Assembly: GCA_943359595.1 (NCBI GenBank)
Contig: CALRIA010000002.1
Span: 10,417-74,416, forward strand
Direction: 5' to 3'
Origin: Candidatus Magasanikiibacteriota bacterium
GTDB taxonomy: Bacteria > Patescibacteriota > Patescibacteriia > Magasanikbacterales > GWA2-37-8
Length of the DNA: 64,000 nucleotides
Shown here: in pieces, positions 37,439 to 48,250 of the stretch
Layout: every line of letters starts with the position of its first letter
Position numbering within the stretch: the first letter of the stretch is position 1
Notes under the pieces: generated by a model
What the model was told of the DNA's origin: nothing
Database searches by the model: none
What the model saw: the letters and a program-made list of their open reading frames with translations, nothing else
Made by a program: the position numbers and the translations under genes

Positions 37439-39163
37439 ATGTTTTTGTTGTTTGCATCATTTGTCGCTGGCGTTTTGACAGTCCTTGCACCTTGCGTACT
37501 GCCTGTTTTACCGATAATTATCGGTGGCGCGGTTCAAAATCGTGAACGACGTAATCCGTATATTATTACAGGTTCATTGGCCGTGGCAGTGGTATTGTTT
37601 ACTTTACTATTAAAATTTAGCACTTTATTTGTAAATATTCCTTCCCAAGTATGGAGCATTACCTCCGGTGTTATTATTATATTTTTTGGTTTTATTACTA
37701 TTTTTCCAAATTTTTGGGATAGATTTAATTTTAAATTTGCTTTAAGCGCAAATTCGGATAAATTGCTTTTGCAATCTACGCGTCAAAGTGGACATTTAGG
37801 AGATATGCTCATCGGGTTGTCTTTGGGACCTGTATTTTCCAGCTGTTCACCAACATATTTTTTAATTTTAGCGACTGTTTTGCCACAAAGTTTGTCTAAA
37901 GGGATCTTAGATCTGGTTGCCTATGCTTTTGGGTTATCTTTAGTACTTTTATTAATTAGTCTTTTGGGGCAGAGGTTTGTCACATATGCTCGTTTTGCAG
38001 CTGATCCACGCGGTATTTTTAAACGTTCTTTGGGTGTTATGTTTGTTGTGATTGGCCTGATTATTTTTACCGGTACAGATAAACAGATTCAAGTATTTTT
38101 GGCGAATCATGGATGGTCAGGAGTATCTTCTGTTGAAGAAAAATTATTAAATAAATTACAACCGGTACAACCTAGTCCAAGTATAAAAATGGTAAAAAAT
38201 TTACCGCGTTATCGTGAAATTACCAACCCATCCGGTTTTATAAACGCCGATCCTTTTAAAATCGAAAATCTTATCGGCAAAAAAATAATTGTCGTAGATT
38301 TTATGACTTATAGTTGTATTAATTGTATTCGCACTTTTCCATATCTTAATGCTTGGTATAATAAATATCGTGATCAAGGTTTAGAAATTATTGGTATTCA
38401 TACACCAGAATTTTCTTTTGAAAAAAATATTGACAATGTGCGTAAAGCAATGCAAGGATTTGGAATTAAATTTCCAATAGTGTTGGATAATGATTATGGT
38501 ACGTGGAGTGCTTATGGTAATAGTTATTGGCCACGTAAATATATTATTGATATTGATGGGTATATCGCTTATGACCATATTGGTGAAGGTGGTGATGAAG
38601 AAACTGAACAAAAAATTCAGGAGCTTTTGGCCGAAAAAATGGCACGTGAAAATTTGGCAACTAGTAATGTCCCTGGTGGAGTGGTAAAAGTTACTAGCAC
38701 CCAACCAATTGAAGTGGGAAGCCCAGAAACATATTTTGGTGCTACTAGAAATGATTTTCTAGTTAATGGATTAACCGGAAAAATAGGACAACAAAAATTA
38801 ATTTTCCCTAGTAATATTAATTTGAATGAATTAAATCTAATGGGGGATTGGAATTTTGAAAAGGAATACGCTCAGACAATGACTAGTAACAATAAAGTGT
38901 TATATCGTTATAGTGCCAAAAGTGTTCACTTGGTTGCAAGTGCTGATAAGTTTAATAAAGTAGAAGTATTACGTGATGGCGCATCACTTACTAAAAACAT
39001 AGCTGGTAGCGATATTATTTTTGAAAATGGTAGAAGTTATTTGTTGGTTCGCGATAGTAAGCTGTATAATGTAATTAGTGATCAAGCTGGTGCCGGTGAA
39101 CATACTTTACAATTTATTATTGAATCTCCTGGAATCAAAGTTTTTACTTTTACTTTTGGTTAA
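37439..39163 (+). CDS. dipZ: DipZ-like protein (CcdA membrane domain + thioredoxin domain)
   Basis: LAPCVLP...SSCSP, TYSCINC, GIHTPEF, GEG, SPETY, FTFTFG. Confidence 0.88.
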   Translation: MFLLFASFVAGVLTVLAPCVLPVLPIIIGGAVQNRERRNPYIITGSLAVAVVLFTLLLKFSTLFVNIPSQVWSITSGVIIIFFGFITIFPNFWDRFNFKFALSANSDKLLLQSTRQSGHLGDMLIGLSLGPVFSSCSPTYFLILATVLPQSLSKGILDLVAYAFGLSLVLLLISLLGQRFVTYARFAADPRGIFKRSLGVMFVVIGLIIFTGTDKQIQVFLANHGWSGVSSVEEKLLNKLQPVQPSPSIKMVKNLPRYREITNPSGFINADPFKIENLIGKKIIVVDFMTYSCINCIRTFPYLNAWYNKYRDQGLEIIGIHTPEFSFEKNIDNVRKAMQGFGIKFPIVLDNDYGTWSAYGNSYWPRKYIIDIDGYIAYDHIGEGGDEETEQKIQELLAEKMARENLATSNVPGGVVKVTSTQPIEVGSPETYFGATRNDFLVNGLTGKIGQQKLIFPSNINLNELNLMGDWNFEKEYAQTMTSNNKVLYRYSAKSVHLVASADKFNKVEVLRDGASLTKNIAGSDIIFENGRSYLLVRDSKLYNVISDQAGAGEHTLQFIIESPGIKVFTFTFG

Positions 39164-39169
39164 AAATTT

Positions 39170-39532
39170 ATGCAATTAAACAAACTTTCGCCTGCAGAAG
39201 AACACATAATCGTAAATAAAGGGACAGAGATGCCGTTTAGTGGTGAATACAATGATTTTTTTGTGGAAGGCACCTATGTTTGCCGCCGTTGTAATACGCC
39301 GCTTTATACTTCAGATGCCAAATTTCATTCCGACTGTGGTTGGCCAAGTTTTGACCAAGAAATTCCAAGAGCAGTGAAACACACGCCTGATGCTGATGAT
39401 ATGCGCACGGAAATTACTTGTAATACTTGCGGAGCACATTTGGGGCATGTGTTTGTTGGTGAACATTTTACCCCTAAAGATACTCGTCATTGTGTAAATT
39501 CGTTGTCGTTAAAATTTATTCTCAAAAAATAA
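39170..39532 (+). CDS. msrB: Methionine-R-sulfoxide reductase
   Basis: GTE, CGWPSF, HLGHVF, RHCVNS. Confidence 0.96.
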   Translation: MQLNKLSPAEEHIIVNKGTEMPFSGEYNDFFVEGTYVCRRCNTPLYTSDAKFHSDCGWPSFDQEIPRAVKHTPDADDMRTEITCNTCGAHLGHVFVGEHFTPKDTRHCVNSLSLKFILKK

Positions 39533-39533
39533 T

Positions 39534-40073
39534 ATGTCAAATTTTCAATCAGTGGTATTGGGTGGAGGTTGTTTCTGGTGCACAGAGACGGTATTCAAAC
39601 AATTGCGTGGGGTAGTATCTGTGGTGCCAGGTTATGCAGGTGGAGCAAAAATAAACCCGATCTATGAAGATGTTTGTACAGGTGACACAGGTCATGCCGA
39701 AGTAATAAAAATAGATTTTGATAGTGAACATATTTCTTTTGAAACACTGCTTGAAGTATTTTTTTCGGTGCATAATCCAACCACACTCAATGCTCAGGGT
39801 CATGATATTGGTACGCAATATCGCTCGGTTATATTTTTTAATAATCCAGAGCAGGAAAAAATTGCGCGGGCTAAAATAGCGCAACTCACTACTGAAGAGA
39901 TATATGCCGATCCAATAGTTACTCAAATTGTGCCGCTAATAAAATTTTATGAAGCTGAGGAATATCATCATGATTATTTTGCCAAAAATCCAGATCAAAC
40001 TTATTGCCAATTGGTCATCAATCCTAAATTAAAAAAGTTTAAAGAGAAATGGATGAAACTAATCAAAAATTAA
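39534..40073 (+). CDS. msrA: Methionine-S-sulfoxide reductase
   Basis: GGGCFWC, GHAE, GTQYRS, AEEYH. Confidence 0.96.
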   Translation: MSNFQSVVLGGGCFWCTETVFKQLRGVVSVVPGYAGGAKINPIYEDVCTGDTGHAEVIKIDFDSEHISFETLLEVFFSVHNPTTLNAQGHDIGTQYRSVIFFNNPEQEKIARAKIAQLTTEEIYADPIVTQIVPLIKFYEAEEYHHDYFAKNPDQTYCQLVINPKLKKFKEKWMKLIKN

Positions 40074-40085
40074 TATAATGTTTTT

Positions 40086-40559
40086 ATGTCTACTCTCAAA
40101 GTTGGCGATAATGCCCCAGAATTTAATTTACCAGATCAAGATGGGAAGATGCATGCTCTCAAAGATTGTGTCGGTAAATGGGTGTTGTTGTATTTCTATC
40201 CAAAGGATGATACTCCAGGTTGTACGACTGAAGCTTGTTCGTTGCGCGATAATTTTTCTAAATTAAAAAAGTTTAAAGTTCAAGTATTTGGCGTCAGTAC
40301 GGACTCAATAAAAAGCCATCGAAAATTTGTTGATAAATTCGATCTGCCGTTCACTTTGTTGTCTGATGAGAATAAAGAGTTGGTTAAAGCCTACGATGTG
40401 TATAAACCTAAAAAATTTATGGGGCGTGAATTTATGGGTACGATGCGGGATTCATTTTTGATTGACACAAATGGTAAAATTGCTAAAATATATGAAGGAG
40501 TAAAGCCAGCTGATCATATTGATGAAGTGTTAGCGGATTTATCTAGTTTGCAAAAATGA
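40086..40559 (+). CDS. bcp: Peroxiredoxin Bcp/PrxQ
   Basis: YFYPKDDTPGCTTEAC. Confidence 0.95.
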   Translation: MSTLKVGDNAPEFNLPDQDGKMHALKDCVGKWVLLYFYPKDDTPGCTTEACSLRDNFSKLKKFKVQVFGVSTDSIKSHRKFVDKFDLPFTLLSDENKELVKAYDVYKPKKFMGREFMGTMRDSFLIDTNGKIAKIYEGVKPADHIDEVLADLSSLQK

Positions 40560-40565
40560 TTATTT

Positions 40566-40979
40566 ATGAAAAGGTTTTGGTTTATTGTTTATCACACTTT
40601 TAATTTTACCATTTTTTTAAAAGCGATTAATGGTATCTTAGAAGTGTCTGGTGGTTTTGTATTATTAATGTTTGGTCATTCAGTGGAACGTTTGGTTTTG
40701 TCTTTTACTCAATATGAAATAATTGATTCTAGTCGTTATTTTATCTCTATTTACCTCCTGTTTCATGGTTTAATGAATCTTTTTTTGGTGGTTGCGCTTT
40801 GGAAGCGGCGTCAGTGGGCGTTTCCAGTGGCGATTGTCCTTTTTTTAATTTTCGTAACTTACCAATACTATCGTTTTTATCATAACCACTCCATAAATTT
40901 ACTTTTGGTCAGTATCTTGGATTCCTTTATTATCGTTTTGACACTATTGGAATATAAAAGATTACGACAAGTTAAGTAG
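40566..40979 (+). CDS. DUF2127-like membrane protein
   Basis: LKAINGILEV...YLLFHG...WAFP...YQYYR...LTLLEY. Confidence 0.65.
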   Translation: MKRFWFIVYHTFNFTIFLKAINGILEVSGGFVLLMFGHSVERLVLSFTQYEIIDSSRYFISIYLLFHGLMNLFLVVALWKRRQWAFPVAIVLFLIFVTYQYYRFYHNHSINLLLVSILDSFIIVLTLLEYKRLRQVK

Positions 40980-41058
40980 TTTATTAAAGTCGCCAATTTG
41001 GCGATTTTTTGTTATAATAAATACTGAACAAAAGATTGGAAAATTTAAAAAATAATTT

Positions 41059-41481
41059 ATGTGGTTAATCTTTTCTTTGTTATCGGCTGTCACTGCCGCC
41101 GCTGTGGCAATTTTTGCCAAATTAGGCTTAAAAAATATTGATACGATTTTGTCCACTACTATTCGTTCTATCATTATGGCGTTATTTTTAGTTTTAACCA
41201 GTGTGTTGTTTGGAAAATTTAGGGGTTTTAATTTCCAAGCATTAAATAATCGGGATTGGTTGTTAATAGTTTTGGCTGGTGTATCTGGAGCTTTGTCCTG
41301 GTTATTTTATTTCTTTGCTTTAAAAGTTGGATTGGCCTCCAGGGTAGCCACAATTGATCGTCTTAGTCTGGTCTTTGTGATTATTTTAGCTAGCTTATTT
41401 TTGGGTGAAGCACTGACTTGGCGTACTATAATAGGAGCTTTAGTTATGGTATCTGGAGCCATAATAATCAATATTAAATAG
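41059..41481 (+). CDS. EamA/DMT family transporter (single repeat)
   Basis: AIFAKLG...SWLFYFFALK...IDRLS...FLGE. Confidence 0.85.
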   Translation: MWLIFSLLSAVTAAAVAIFAKLGLKNIDTILSTTIRSIIMALFLVLTSVLFGKFRGFNFQALNNRDWLLIVLAGVSGALSWLFYFFALKVGLASRVATIDRLSLVFVIILASLFLGEALTWRTIIGALVMVSGAIIINIK

Positions 41482-41566
41482 TGAAGAAGTAACATAAGGT
41501 CCTTTTTTTCGTCTACATTAGTGAACATGCCCAAAAAAGCATGTATAATGAGTTTTATCAACAAAT

Positions 41567-43327
41567 ATGAAACAACTAACGAGAGAAACCATACAAATTT
41601 ATTGGCAGCATGCTAAACAATATAAAATGCTATTATTTTTGACGATTATTGGTACTGTTTTTACGGCTATTACCAATACAATCGGACCTCTTTATATTAA
41701 ACAGATTTTGGATTTAGTAGCGGAAAATAATGTAAATCGAGTAGTTAGTCCTGAAATATTAACAGCATTATCGATGTTTGCTTTGGTGAGTTTTGGTCAG
41801 TGGTTGAGTTGGCGAGTGGCGACTACGGCAGTGATTCAATACGAATCTAAAGTTTTAAGCGATTTGGCAAATACTTGTTTTCAATATCTACACAAACATT
41901 CTTTTGGTTTTTTTAATGATAATTTTGTTGGTTCATTGGTAAGAAGGGTCGGCAGATTTGTGCGCGCCTTTGAAGATATCAATGATAAAATTATATTCAA
42001 TGTTTTGACACTTGTTTTAAATACCGCAATCGTCGTGGTGATTTTAGCTTTGCGCAATATAATTTTAGGATTGGTGATGTTCTTGTGGGTGATAGTTTTT
42101 GTGGTGATCAACATAGTAGTTGCTAAATATAAATTAAAATATGATGTTGAACGCAGTGAAGCTGATACTAAAATTGGTGCGCACTTGGCGGACACGATTA
42201 CTAACAATGTAAATATTAAATTGTTTGTTGGTTTTGACAAGGAAGTTAAAACGCATAAGGAGTTGAACAAAGACCTGTTGAAGAAAAGATTAAAAACATG
42301 GAACTTGAATAACATCTTTGAAGCTATTCAAGGTATTTTGGGTATTATTTTGGAAGTAATGCTTTTTTATATTGCGATAAAATTATGGAATCAGGGACGT
42401 TTGACAGTCGGTGATTTTGTATTGATTCAATCATATATCGTGGTTATTTTAAATCGAGTTTGGGATTTTGGTAATGTGGTGCGTAGAATTTATGAAAGTT
42501 TGGCTGACGCACAGGAAATGACTGAAATATTAAAAAAACCTCATGAAGTACAGGATGTTCTTATGGCCAAGGATTTGCGAGTCACTGCTGGGGAGGTTGA
42601 ATTTAAAGATGTAGTATTTAACTATCGGGCAACTAGAACAATTTTAAAGAAGTTCAATCTGCAAATACACAGTGGAGAAAAGGTAGCTTTGGTAGGGCCG
42701 TCCGGTGCTGGAAAATCTACTTTGGTAAAGTTGCTTTTGCGCATGCACGATGTCTCGGGCGGAAAAATTTTTATTGATGGACAGAATATTTCTAAAGTGT
42801 CTCAAGAAAGTTTGTGGAAAAATATTTCACTTGTTCCTCAAGATCCGATTCTATTTCACCGTACTTTGCGTGAAAATATTCGCTATGGACGACTTGACGC
42901 GACTGACGAAGAAGTGGAAAAAGCAGCGAAGCTGGCACACTGTCATGAATTTATATCTGATCTGGAAAAAGGGTATAATACCTTTGTGGGGGAGCGTGGT
43001 GTCAAATTGTCTGGTGGCGAGCGTCAACGCGTAGCGATTGCACGAGCAATATTGAAAAATGCTCCAATCCTATTTTTGGATGAGGCGACTTCTAGTCTGG
43101 ATTCACAATCCGAACACTTTATTCAAGAAGCCCTCAAAATTCTGATGACGGGAAAAACTGTGATTATGATTGCTCATCGTTTATCTACTATTATGAGCGC
43201 GGATAGAATATTAGTGATAGATCACGGTGTAGTAGTAGAAAATGGAAGCCATAAAGAGTTACTCAGAAAGAAGAGTGGACTGTACAAGAAACTTTGGGAT
43301 TTGCAGGCAGGTGGTTTTATAAAGTAA
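41567..43327 (+). CDS. ABC transporter, fused permease/ATPase (exporter type)
   Basis: Transmembrane domain plus GPSGAGKST, LSGGERQR, LDEATS, AHRLST. Confidence 0.95.
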   Translation: MKQLTRETIQIYWQHAKQYKMLLFLTIIGTVFTAITNTIGPLYIKQILDLVAENNVNRVVSPEILTALSMFALVSFGQWLSWRVATTAVIQYESKVLSDLANTCFQYLHKHSFGFFNDNFVGSLVRRVGRFVRAFEDINDKIIFNVLTLVLNTAIVVVILALRNIILGLVMFLWVIVFVVINIVVAKYKLKYDVERSEADTKIGAHLADTITNNVNIKLFVGFDKEVKTHKELNKDLLKKRLKTWNLNNIFEAIQGILGIILEVMLFYIAIKLWNQGRLTVGDFVLIQSYIVVILNRVWDFGNVVRRIYESLADAQEMTEILKKPHEVQDVLMAKDLRVTAGEVEFKDVVFNYRATRTILKKFNLQIHSGEKVALVGPSGAGKSTLVKLLLRMHDVSGGKIFIDGQNISKVSQESLWKNISLVPQDPILFHRTLRENIRYGRLDATDEEVEKAAKLAHCHEFISDLEKGYNTFVGERGVKLSGGERQRVAIARAILKNAPILFLDEATSSLDSQSEHFIQEALKILMTGKTVIMIAHRLSTIMSADRILVIDHGVVVENGSHKELLRKKSGLYKKLWDLQAGGFIK

Positions 43328-43346
43328 ATAAAAAAATTTAATCCAA

Positions 43347-44141
43347 ATGTTTACATCCGAAATATTGGGAGTAAAAATTGATAATTTGACTGCAGATGAA
43401 GCGGTGTTAAAAGCGCGTAATTTGTTGTATAACAATAAACAAAATTTTATTTTTACACCAAATCCAGAAATGCTGGTTGATGCTCAAGCAGATGAATATT
43501 TTAGAACAGTTTTAAATTCTGGAGATTTGAATATAAACGATGGCTTTGGAGTTAGTTTGGTAACACTAGGTAAAATCAAACGAATTACAGGAATAGATTT
43601 TGTATATCGACTTTGTGAATTGGCCCAAAAAGAAAATAAAAGTGTATATTTGCTTGGCTCTGGTTCGAAAGAAGTTTTAAAAAAAACCGTAGATAATCTA
43701 AAACTACAATTTCCTCAATTAAAAATAGCCGGTTTTAATCCAGGGCCACAAATAGATTTTTTAAAGGTAGAAGATAAAAAAACCATCATCCCAGAACAAA
43801 ATGCGAATGATCAAGCAATACATGAGATTATTATGTCCGCTCCGGATATTTTATTAGTAGCCTTTGGCCATAATAAGCAGGAAAAGTGGATCTATGAAAA
43901 TATTAAAAACCTGCCCTCAGTAAATATTGCTATGGGTGTAGGAGGATCTTTTGATTTTATTGCTGGATTTAACAATCTTGGACAAACGGTGAAACGAGCC
44001 CCTTGTTTTGTGCGTAAGATTGGGTTAGAATGGCTTTATCGTCTATTTAGGCAGCCAGGTCGTTTTTTTAGAATTTGGAAGGCGATCGTGGTATTTGTTA
44101 ATCTGTATATTTATAAGAAGTATAAAAATAAAGCTTTATGA
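43347..44141 (+). CDS. WecB/TagA/CpsF glycosyltransferase
   Basis: TPNPE, DGFG, KQEKW, GVGGSFD, GLEWLYRL. Confidence 0.92.
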   Translation: MFTSEILGVKIDNLTADEAVLKARNLLYNNKQNFIFTPNPEMLVDAQADEYFRTVLNSGDLNINDGFGVSLVTLGKIKRITGIDFVYRLCELAQKENKSVYLLGSGSKEVLKKTVDNLKLQFPQLKIAGFNPGPQIDFLKVEDKKTIIPEQNANDQAIHEIIMSAPDILLVAFGHNKQEKWIYENIKNLPSVNIAMGVGGSFDFIAGFNNLGQTVKRAPCFVRKIGLEWLYRLFRQPGRFFRIWKAIVVFVNLYIYKKYKNKAL

Positions 44142-45616
44142 TGGTACGTACTCGTTTTGCCCCAAGCCCAACCGGTCATTTGCATGTTGGTGGTTTGAGA
44201 ACAGCTCTATATGCCTATTTAATAGCCAAACAAAATGGCGGTAAATTTTTGTTACGCATTGAAGATACTGATCAAAAAAGATTTGTAGAAGGTAGTATTG
44301 AAAATATCATAAATTCCTTAAAATGGGCTGGTTTGGATGTGGACGAGGGTGTTCAGCTAAACGCTGATGGTAAAGTAATACAAGTGGGGGATAAGGGGCC
44401 ATATATTCAATCTCAACGGTTGGGTATCTATAAAAAATATTCTAAACAGCTTTTGGACGATGGTCATGCCTATCATTGTTTTTGTACAGCGGAGCGCTTG
44501 GAAGATCTCAAAAATTATCAGCAAGCAAATAAATTACCAACTGGCTATGATAAGCAATGTCGCAGTCTAGATCAAGGTGAAGCACAAAATCGTGTTGAAG
44601 CTGGTGAGGTACATGTTTTGCGTTTAAAAATGCCTATAGCTGGTGAAACAACATTTGTTGATCTAATCCGTGGAGAAGTAACCTTTAAAAATGAACTGAT
44701 TGATGATCAAGTAATTATCAAAGCCGATGGTTTTCCTACTTATCATTTTGCGGTAGTAGTTGATGATCATTTTATGGAGATTACCAACGTAATTCGTGGA
44801 GATGAGTGGTTGAGTAGTACTCCAAAACATTTACAAATTTATAAATATTTTAATTGGGAAGCACCACAAATGACGCATCTTCCACTATTATTAAATCCAG
44901 ATAAAAGTAAGTTGAGTAAGCGTCAAGGTGATGTAGCGGTAGAGGATTATATTAACAAAGGTTACCTTCCAGAAGCGATGATTAACTTTGTGGCTTTTTT
45001 GGGTTGGAATCCTGGTACTGAACAAGAGATTTTTTCTTTAGAAGAACTAGTAAAAGAGTTCAAAATGGAAAAAATAAATAAATCCGGTGCCGTGTTTAAT
45101 TTAGAAAAGTTGGATTGGTATAATCAGCAATATTTAAAGAATTTGAAAAATGAAGAGTTGGTGGAGGTGTGTTTGCCATGGCTGGTTAAAGCTGGGTTGG
45201 TTACGGGTAATGAAGACAAACAGTGGTTAGCGGCCGCTTTAGAATTGGAAAAGGAGAGAGTTAAAACTTTGGCTGAATTGCCAGAGGCTTTGAAATTCTT
45301 ATTTGTTATTCCAGAATATGACGGCCAAATTTTGATTTGGAAGAAAGGTTCTGTGGATGAAGTTAAGAAAGTTTTGCCAGCATTAGCTGAATTTATGGAT
45401 ACAATAAGTGTCCAAGACTGGAATAAGGATAAAATGCAAATCTTGGTAGGGGGGTGGACTACAAAAAATGAATTCTCCAATGGTAGTGTGTTGTGGCCTT
45501 TGAGAGTCTCATTATCTGGCCAACAAAATTCTCCTGGACCATTTGAAATTGCTGAAGTTTTGGGTAAAGATAAATCAATTAAAAGAATTAAACTGGCAAT
45601 CGGTAAATTGTCATAA
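44138..45616 (+). CDS. gltX: Glutamate--tRNA ligase
   Basis: RFAPSPTG, HVGG, RIEDTD, KLSKR. Confidence 0.97.
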   Translation: MMVRTRFAPSPTGHLHVGGLRTALYAYLIAKQNGGKFLLRIEDTDQKRFVEGSIENIINSLKWAGLDVDEGVQLNADGKVIQVGDKGPYIQSQRLGIYKKYSKQLLDDGHAYHCFCTAERLEDLKNYQQANKLPTGYDKQCRSLDQGEAQNRVEAGEVHVLRLKMPIAGETTFVDLIRGEVTFKNELIDDQVIIKADGFPTYHFAVVVDDHFMEITNVIRGDEWLSSTPKHLQIYKYFNWEAPQMTHLPLLLNPDKSKLSKRQGDVAVEDYINKGYLPEAMINFVAFLGWNPGTEQEIFSLEELVKEFKMEKINKSGAVFNLEKLDWYNQQYLKNLKNEELVEVCLPWLVKAGLVTGNEDKQWLAAALELEKERVKTLAELPEALKFLFVIPEYDGQILIWKKGSVDEVKKVLPALAEFMDTISVQDWNKDKMQILVGGWTTKNEFSNGSVLWPLRVSLSGQQNSPGPFEIAEVLGKDKSIKRIKLAIGKLS

Positions 45617-45654
45617 ATAGCTCCGATGTATTTATTTTTTGGCCAGATTGATCT

Positions 45655-45682
45655 AAGTTGAACAGCAGATGTTCAACTTTTT
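45655..45682 (+). terminator. Intrinsic terminator
   Basis: AAGTTGAACA-gcaga-TGTTCAACTT followed by T residues. Confidence 0.7.
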
Positions 45683-45706
45683 TCATTTATATGATATAAT
45701 TTTAGC

Positions 45707-46930
45707 ATGCTAAAAATTTCAAAACTATTAATTTTATTGGTTATCTTTGGGTGTATTTTCTCTACCCATATTTTTGTATTGGCCGCTGATGTTGCCACTG
45801 AAATTGATCAGCTCAACAAACAGATCGATACACGTAAAGACAAAATCAAAGAATTAGAGAATACAATTGCTAAATATAAAATTAATATTGATAAAAAAAG
45901 TACTGAAGCAGTTTCTTTAAAAAATCAGATGAGTATTATCGACAATCGGATTGCTCAGGCAGAGGCTGATGTTAGTTTGACTACTGAAAAACTTGGTAAA
46001 ACAAAATTAGAAATTGAAGCATTAAATATTTCTATTGCTCAGAAGCAAGCAACAATTAATAAACAAAAGAAAATAGTTTCTAAAATTATCCAAAATTTAC
46101 ATGCTAACGACCAAAAGAATTTTTTAGAAATCATGTTAACCAATGATAATTTTGCTGATTTTTATAATCAGGCAAAATATTTAGAAAATATTTATACTGA
46201 TCTAGGCCGTTCTGTAAAACAGGTGAGATTAATCAAAGAAGATTTGGATAAGAAAAAATCTCAAGCCGAGGAGCGCCGTAAAATTTACGATGATTTATTG
46301 GTACAATTAGAAAATAAGAAGAAAGATTTAAATGAGCAGATGGGTAGCAAACAAACTTTATTGGTAGAAACAAAATCTTCAGAATTAAAATTTAGAACTC
46401 TTCTCGATAGTTTACGCCAACAATACAAAGCGGTAGAAAATGAAGTTTCTTCTTATGAAGATCAGGTGCGCAAGAAATTGGCCGATCAAGATCGTTTCAA
46501 AAATATGCCAGCTAAATTGGGCGAGTTTGATTGGCCGGTTGTAAGCCGGTACGTTACCGCACGTTTTCATGATCCAGATTATCCGTTTAGACGAGTTTTT
46601 GAACATAGTGGTACCGATATTCGTGCTTCGCAAGGATCGCCAGTGAGAGCGGCTAATTCTGGCTATGTGGGACGTGCTAAACGGTGTACTCTCGCTAGTT
46701 GTTATAGCTATATCTTATTGATTCATAATGGTAATTTATCGACTGTTTATGGTCATTTGAGTAAAATTTTGATAACTGAGGACCAATATGTAAATAAAGG
46801 AGACCTTATCGGTTTATCAGGTGGTACACCAGGAATGGTTGGCTCTGGCCCGTTTGTAACTGGTGCTCATTTGCATTTTGAGGTACGATTAAATGGTATT
46901 CCGGTTGATGGTATGAATTATTTACCTTAA
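45707..46930 (+). CDS. Coiled-coil M23 peptidase (EnvC-like architecture)
   Basis: Signal peptide, long coiled coil, HSGTD, YGHL, HLHFEVR. Confidence 0.9.
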   Translation: MLKISKLLILLVIFGCIFSTHIFVLAADVATEIDQLNKQIDTRKDKIKELENTIAKYKINIDKKSTEAVSLKNQMSIIDNRIAQAEADVSLTTEKLGKTKLEIEALNISIAQKQATINKQKKIVSKIIQNLHANDQKNFLEIMLTNDNFADFYNQAKYLENIYTDLGRSVKQVRLIKEDLDKKKSQAEERRKIYDDLLVQLENKKKDLNEQMGSKQTLLVETKSSELKFRTLLDSLRQQYKAVENEVSSYEDQVRKKLADQDRFKNMPAKLGEFDWPVVSRYVTARFHDPDYPFRRVFEHSGTDIRASQGSPVRAANSGYVGRAKRCTLASCYSYILLIHNGNLSTVYGHLSKILITEDQYVNKGDLIGLSGGTPGMVGSGPFVTGAHLHFEVRLNGIPVDGMNYLP

Positions 46931-46950
46931 AAAGAAATAATATTATTTTT

Positions 46951-47931
46951 ATGAAAAAGATTAAAATTGGAGTTTTGTATGGTGGACCATCATCGGAACG
47001 TGAGATTTCTTTACTGACTGGTAAGGCGGTTTTTGACAATCTTGATCGTTCCAAATATGTACCGACCTTGATCGAAATGACTAAAGATAATAAATTTGTT
47101 TTAATAAGTAAAAATAAAAAACGAGTAGTAGATTTTATAAATAAAGATCATAAATTATTTGATTTAATTTTTATTGCTTTACACGGTTCGCCCGGTGAAG
47201 ATGGGGCGGTGCAGGGAATGTTTGAAACATTGGGTATAAAATATACTGGACCAAATACTTTGAGTAGCGCGTTGTGTATGAATAAAATATATTCTGGCTT
47301 AATGTATCAAGTATGGAAATTACCACATCCAGAATTCATTGACATTAGTGCCAAATATTGGAAAAAATATAAAAAAGAAATTTTACGAGCCATTAGTGAT
47401 AAAGTTGGTTATCCGTGTGTTGTAAAACCAGTGGATCAGGGCTCAGCGGTTGGCGTGTCTATTATAAAAACCGAAAATAATTTGGTAAAAGCAATAAACA
47501 AAACTATTAAAAAATTTCCTTGGCTTTTGGCTCAAAGATTTGTTAAAGGCCAAGAAGCTACTTGTGGAGTTTTGGAGAAAAAAGGTGAGGCGTTTGCTTT
47601 GTCACCAACTCATATTTTGCCACAAAAGGGGAAATTTTATGATTATAAATCAAAGTATTCAATAGGTGGATCCAAACATATTTGTCCGGCAGATTTTCCA
47701 GAAGAAATAAATAAACAGATGCAAGATTATGCAGTAAAGGCTCACTTGGCTTTAAGCTGTAGTGGTATGAGTCGTACAGATTTATTTTATGGTGATGATG
47801 GTAAAGTATATATCATTGAAACCAATACTATACCTGGCATGACGGCTACCAGCTTGTTTCCAGAGGCGGCGGCTAAAGATGGAATTACCTTTGTTAAGAT
47901 GTTGGATTTGATAATTGAATCTGTAAAATAA
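46951..47931 (+). CDS. ddl: D-alanine--D-alanine ligase
   Basis: GGPSSEREIS, LHGSPGEDG, GSAVG, YDYKSKY, ETNTIPGMT. Confidence 0.96.
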   Translation: MKKIKIGVLYGGPSSEREISLLTGKAVFDNLDRSKYVPTLIEMTKDNKFVLISKNKKRVVDFINKDHKLFDLIFIALHGSPGEDGAVQGMFETLGIKYTGPNTLSSALCMNKIYSGLMYQVWKLPHPEFIDISAKYWKKYKKEILRAISDKVGYPCVVKPVDQGSAVGVSIIKTENNLVKAINKTIKKFPWLLAQRFVKGQEATCGVLEKKGEAFALSPTHILPQKGKFYDYKSKYSIGGSKHICPADFPEEINKQMQDYAVKAHLALSCSGMSRTDLFYGDDGKVYIIETNTIPGMTATSLFPEAAAKDGITFVKMLDLIIESVK

Positions 47932-47943
47932 GAGCTGTTTTTA

Positions 47944-47972
47944 TTGACTTTTTGGACAATATAAGCTACCAT
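47944..47972 (+). promoter_or_regulatory. Sigma70 promoter in the ddl-xer intergenic region
   Basis: TTGACT-17-TACCAT. Confidence 0.55.
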
Positions 47973-48018
47973 TTTGGAGGTTGTTTTCTTGGGCAATTAT
48001 GCCATTTTTAAGGAAGTC

Positions 48019-48135
48019 ATGTCAAAAAATAATGATCTTAATGGTCCAATTGCGCCAAACGTGTGGAAACCGCAGTTGGTTCCGCTTAATGAACCACTGC
48101 CCAAACCGAAGAAGAAGAAAAATAAAAAACGCTAG
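48019..48135 (+). CDS. Putative 38-aa basic peptide
   Basis: TAAGGA upstream. MSKNNDLNGPIAPNVWKPQLVPLNEPLPKPKKKKNKKR. Confidence 0.35.
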   Translation: MSKNNDLNGPIAPNVWKPQLVPLNEPLPKPKKKKNKKR

Positions 48136-48250
48136 ATTTGCGTTTTAAAGATGGACGAAGGGTTTGCTGCGCGCAGACCTCATCGTTCACTAATATTTAT
48201 TGTTGGAAAGTAACTATTAGTGAAATGAGGTCTGTTAAACAATCAAAATG

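Noticed and set aside
46951-47931. ddl as a VanA-type D-Ala-D-Lac ligase
   Set aside because: The omega loop reads YDYKSKY, typical of D-Ala-D-Ala ligases, and no van genes are nearby.
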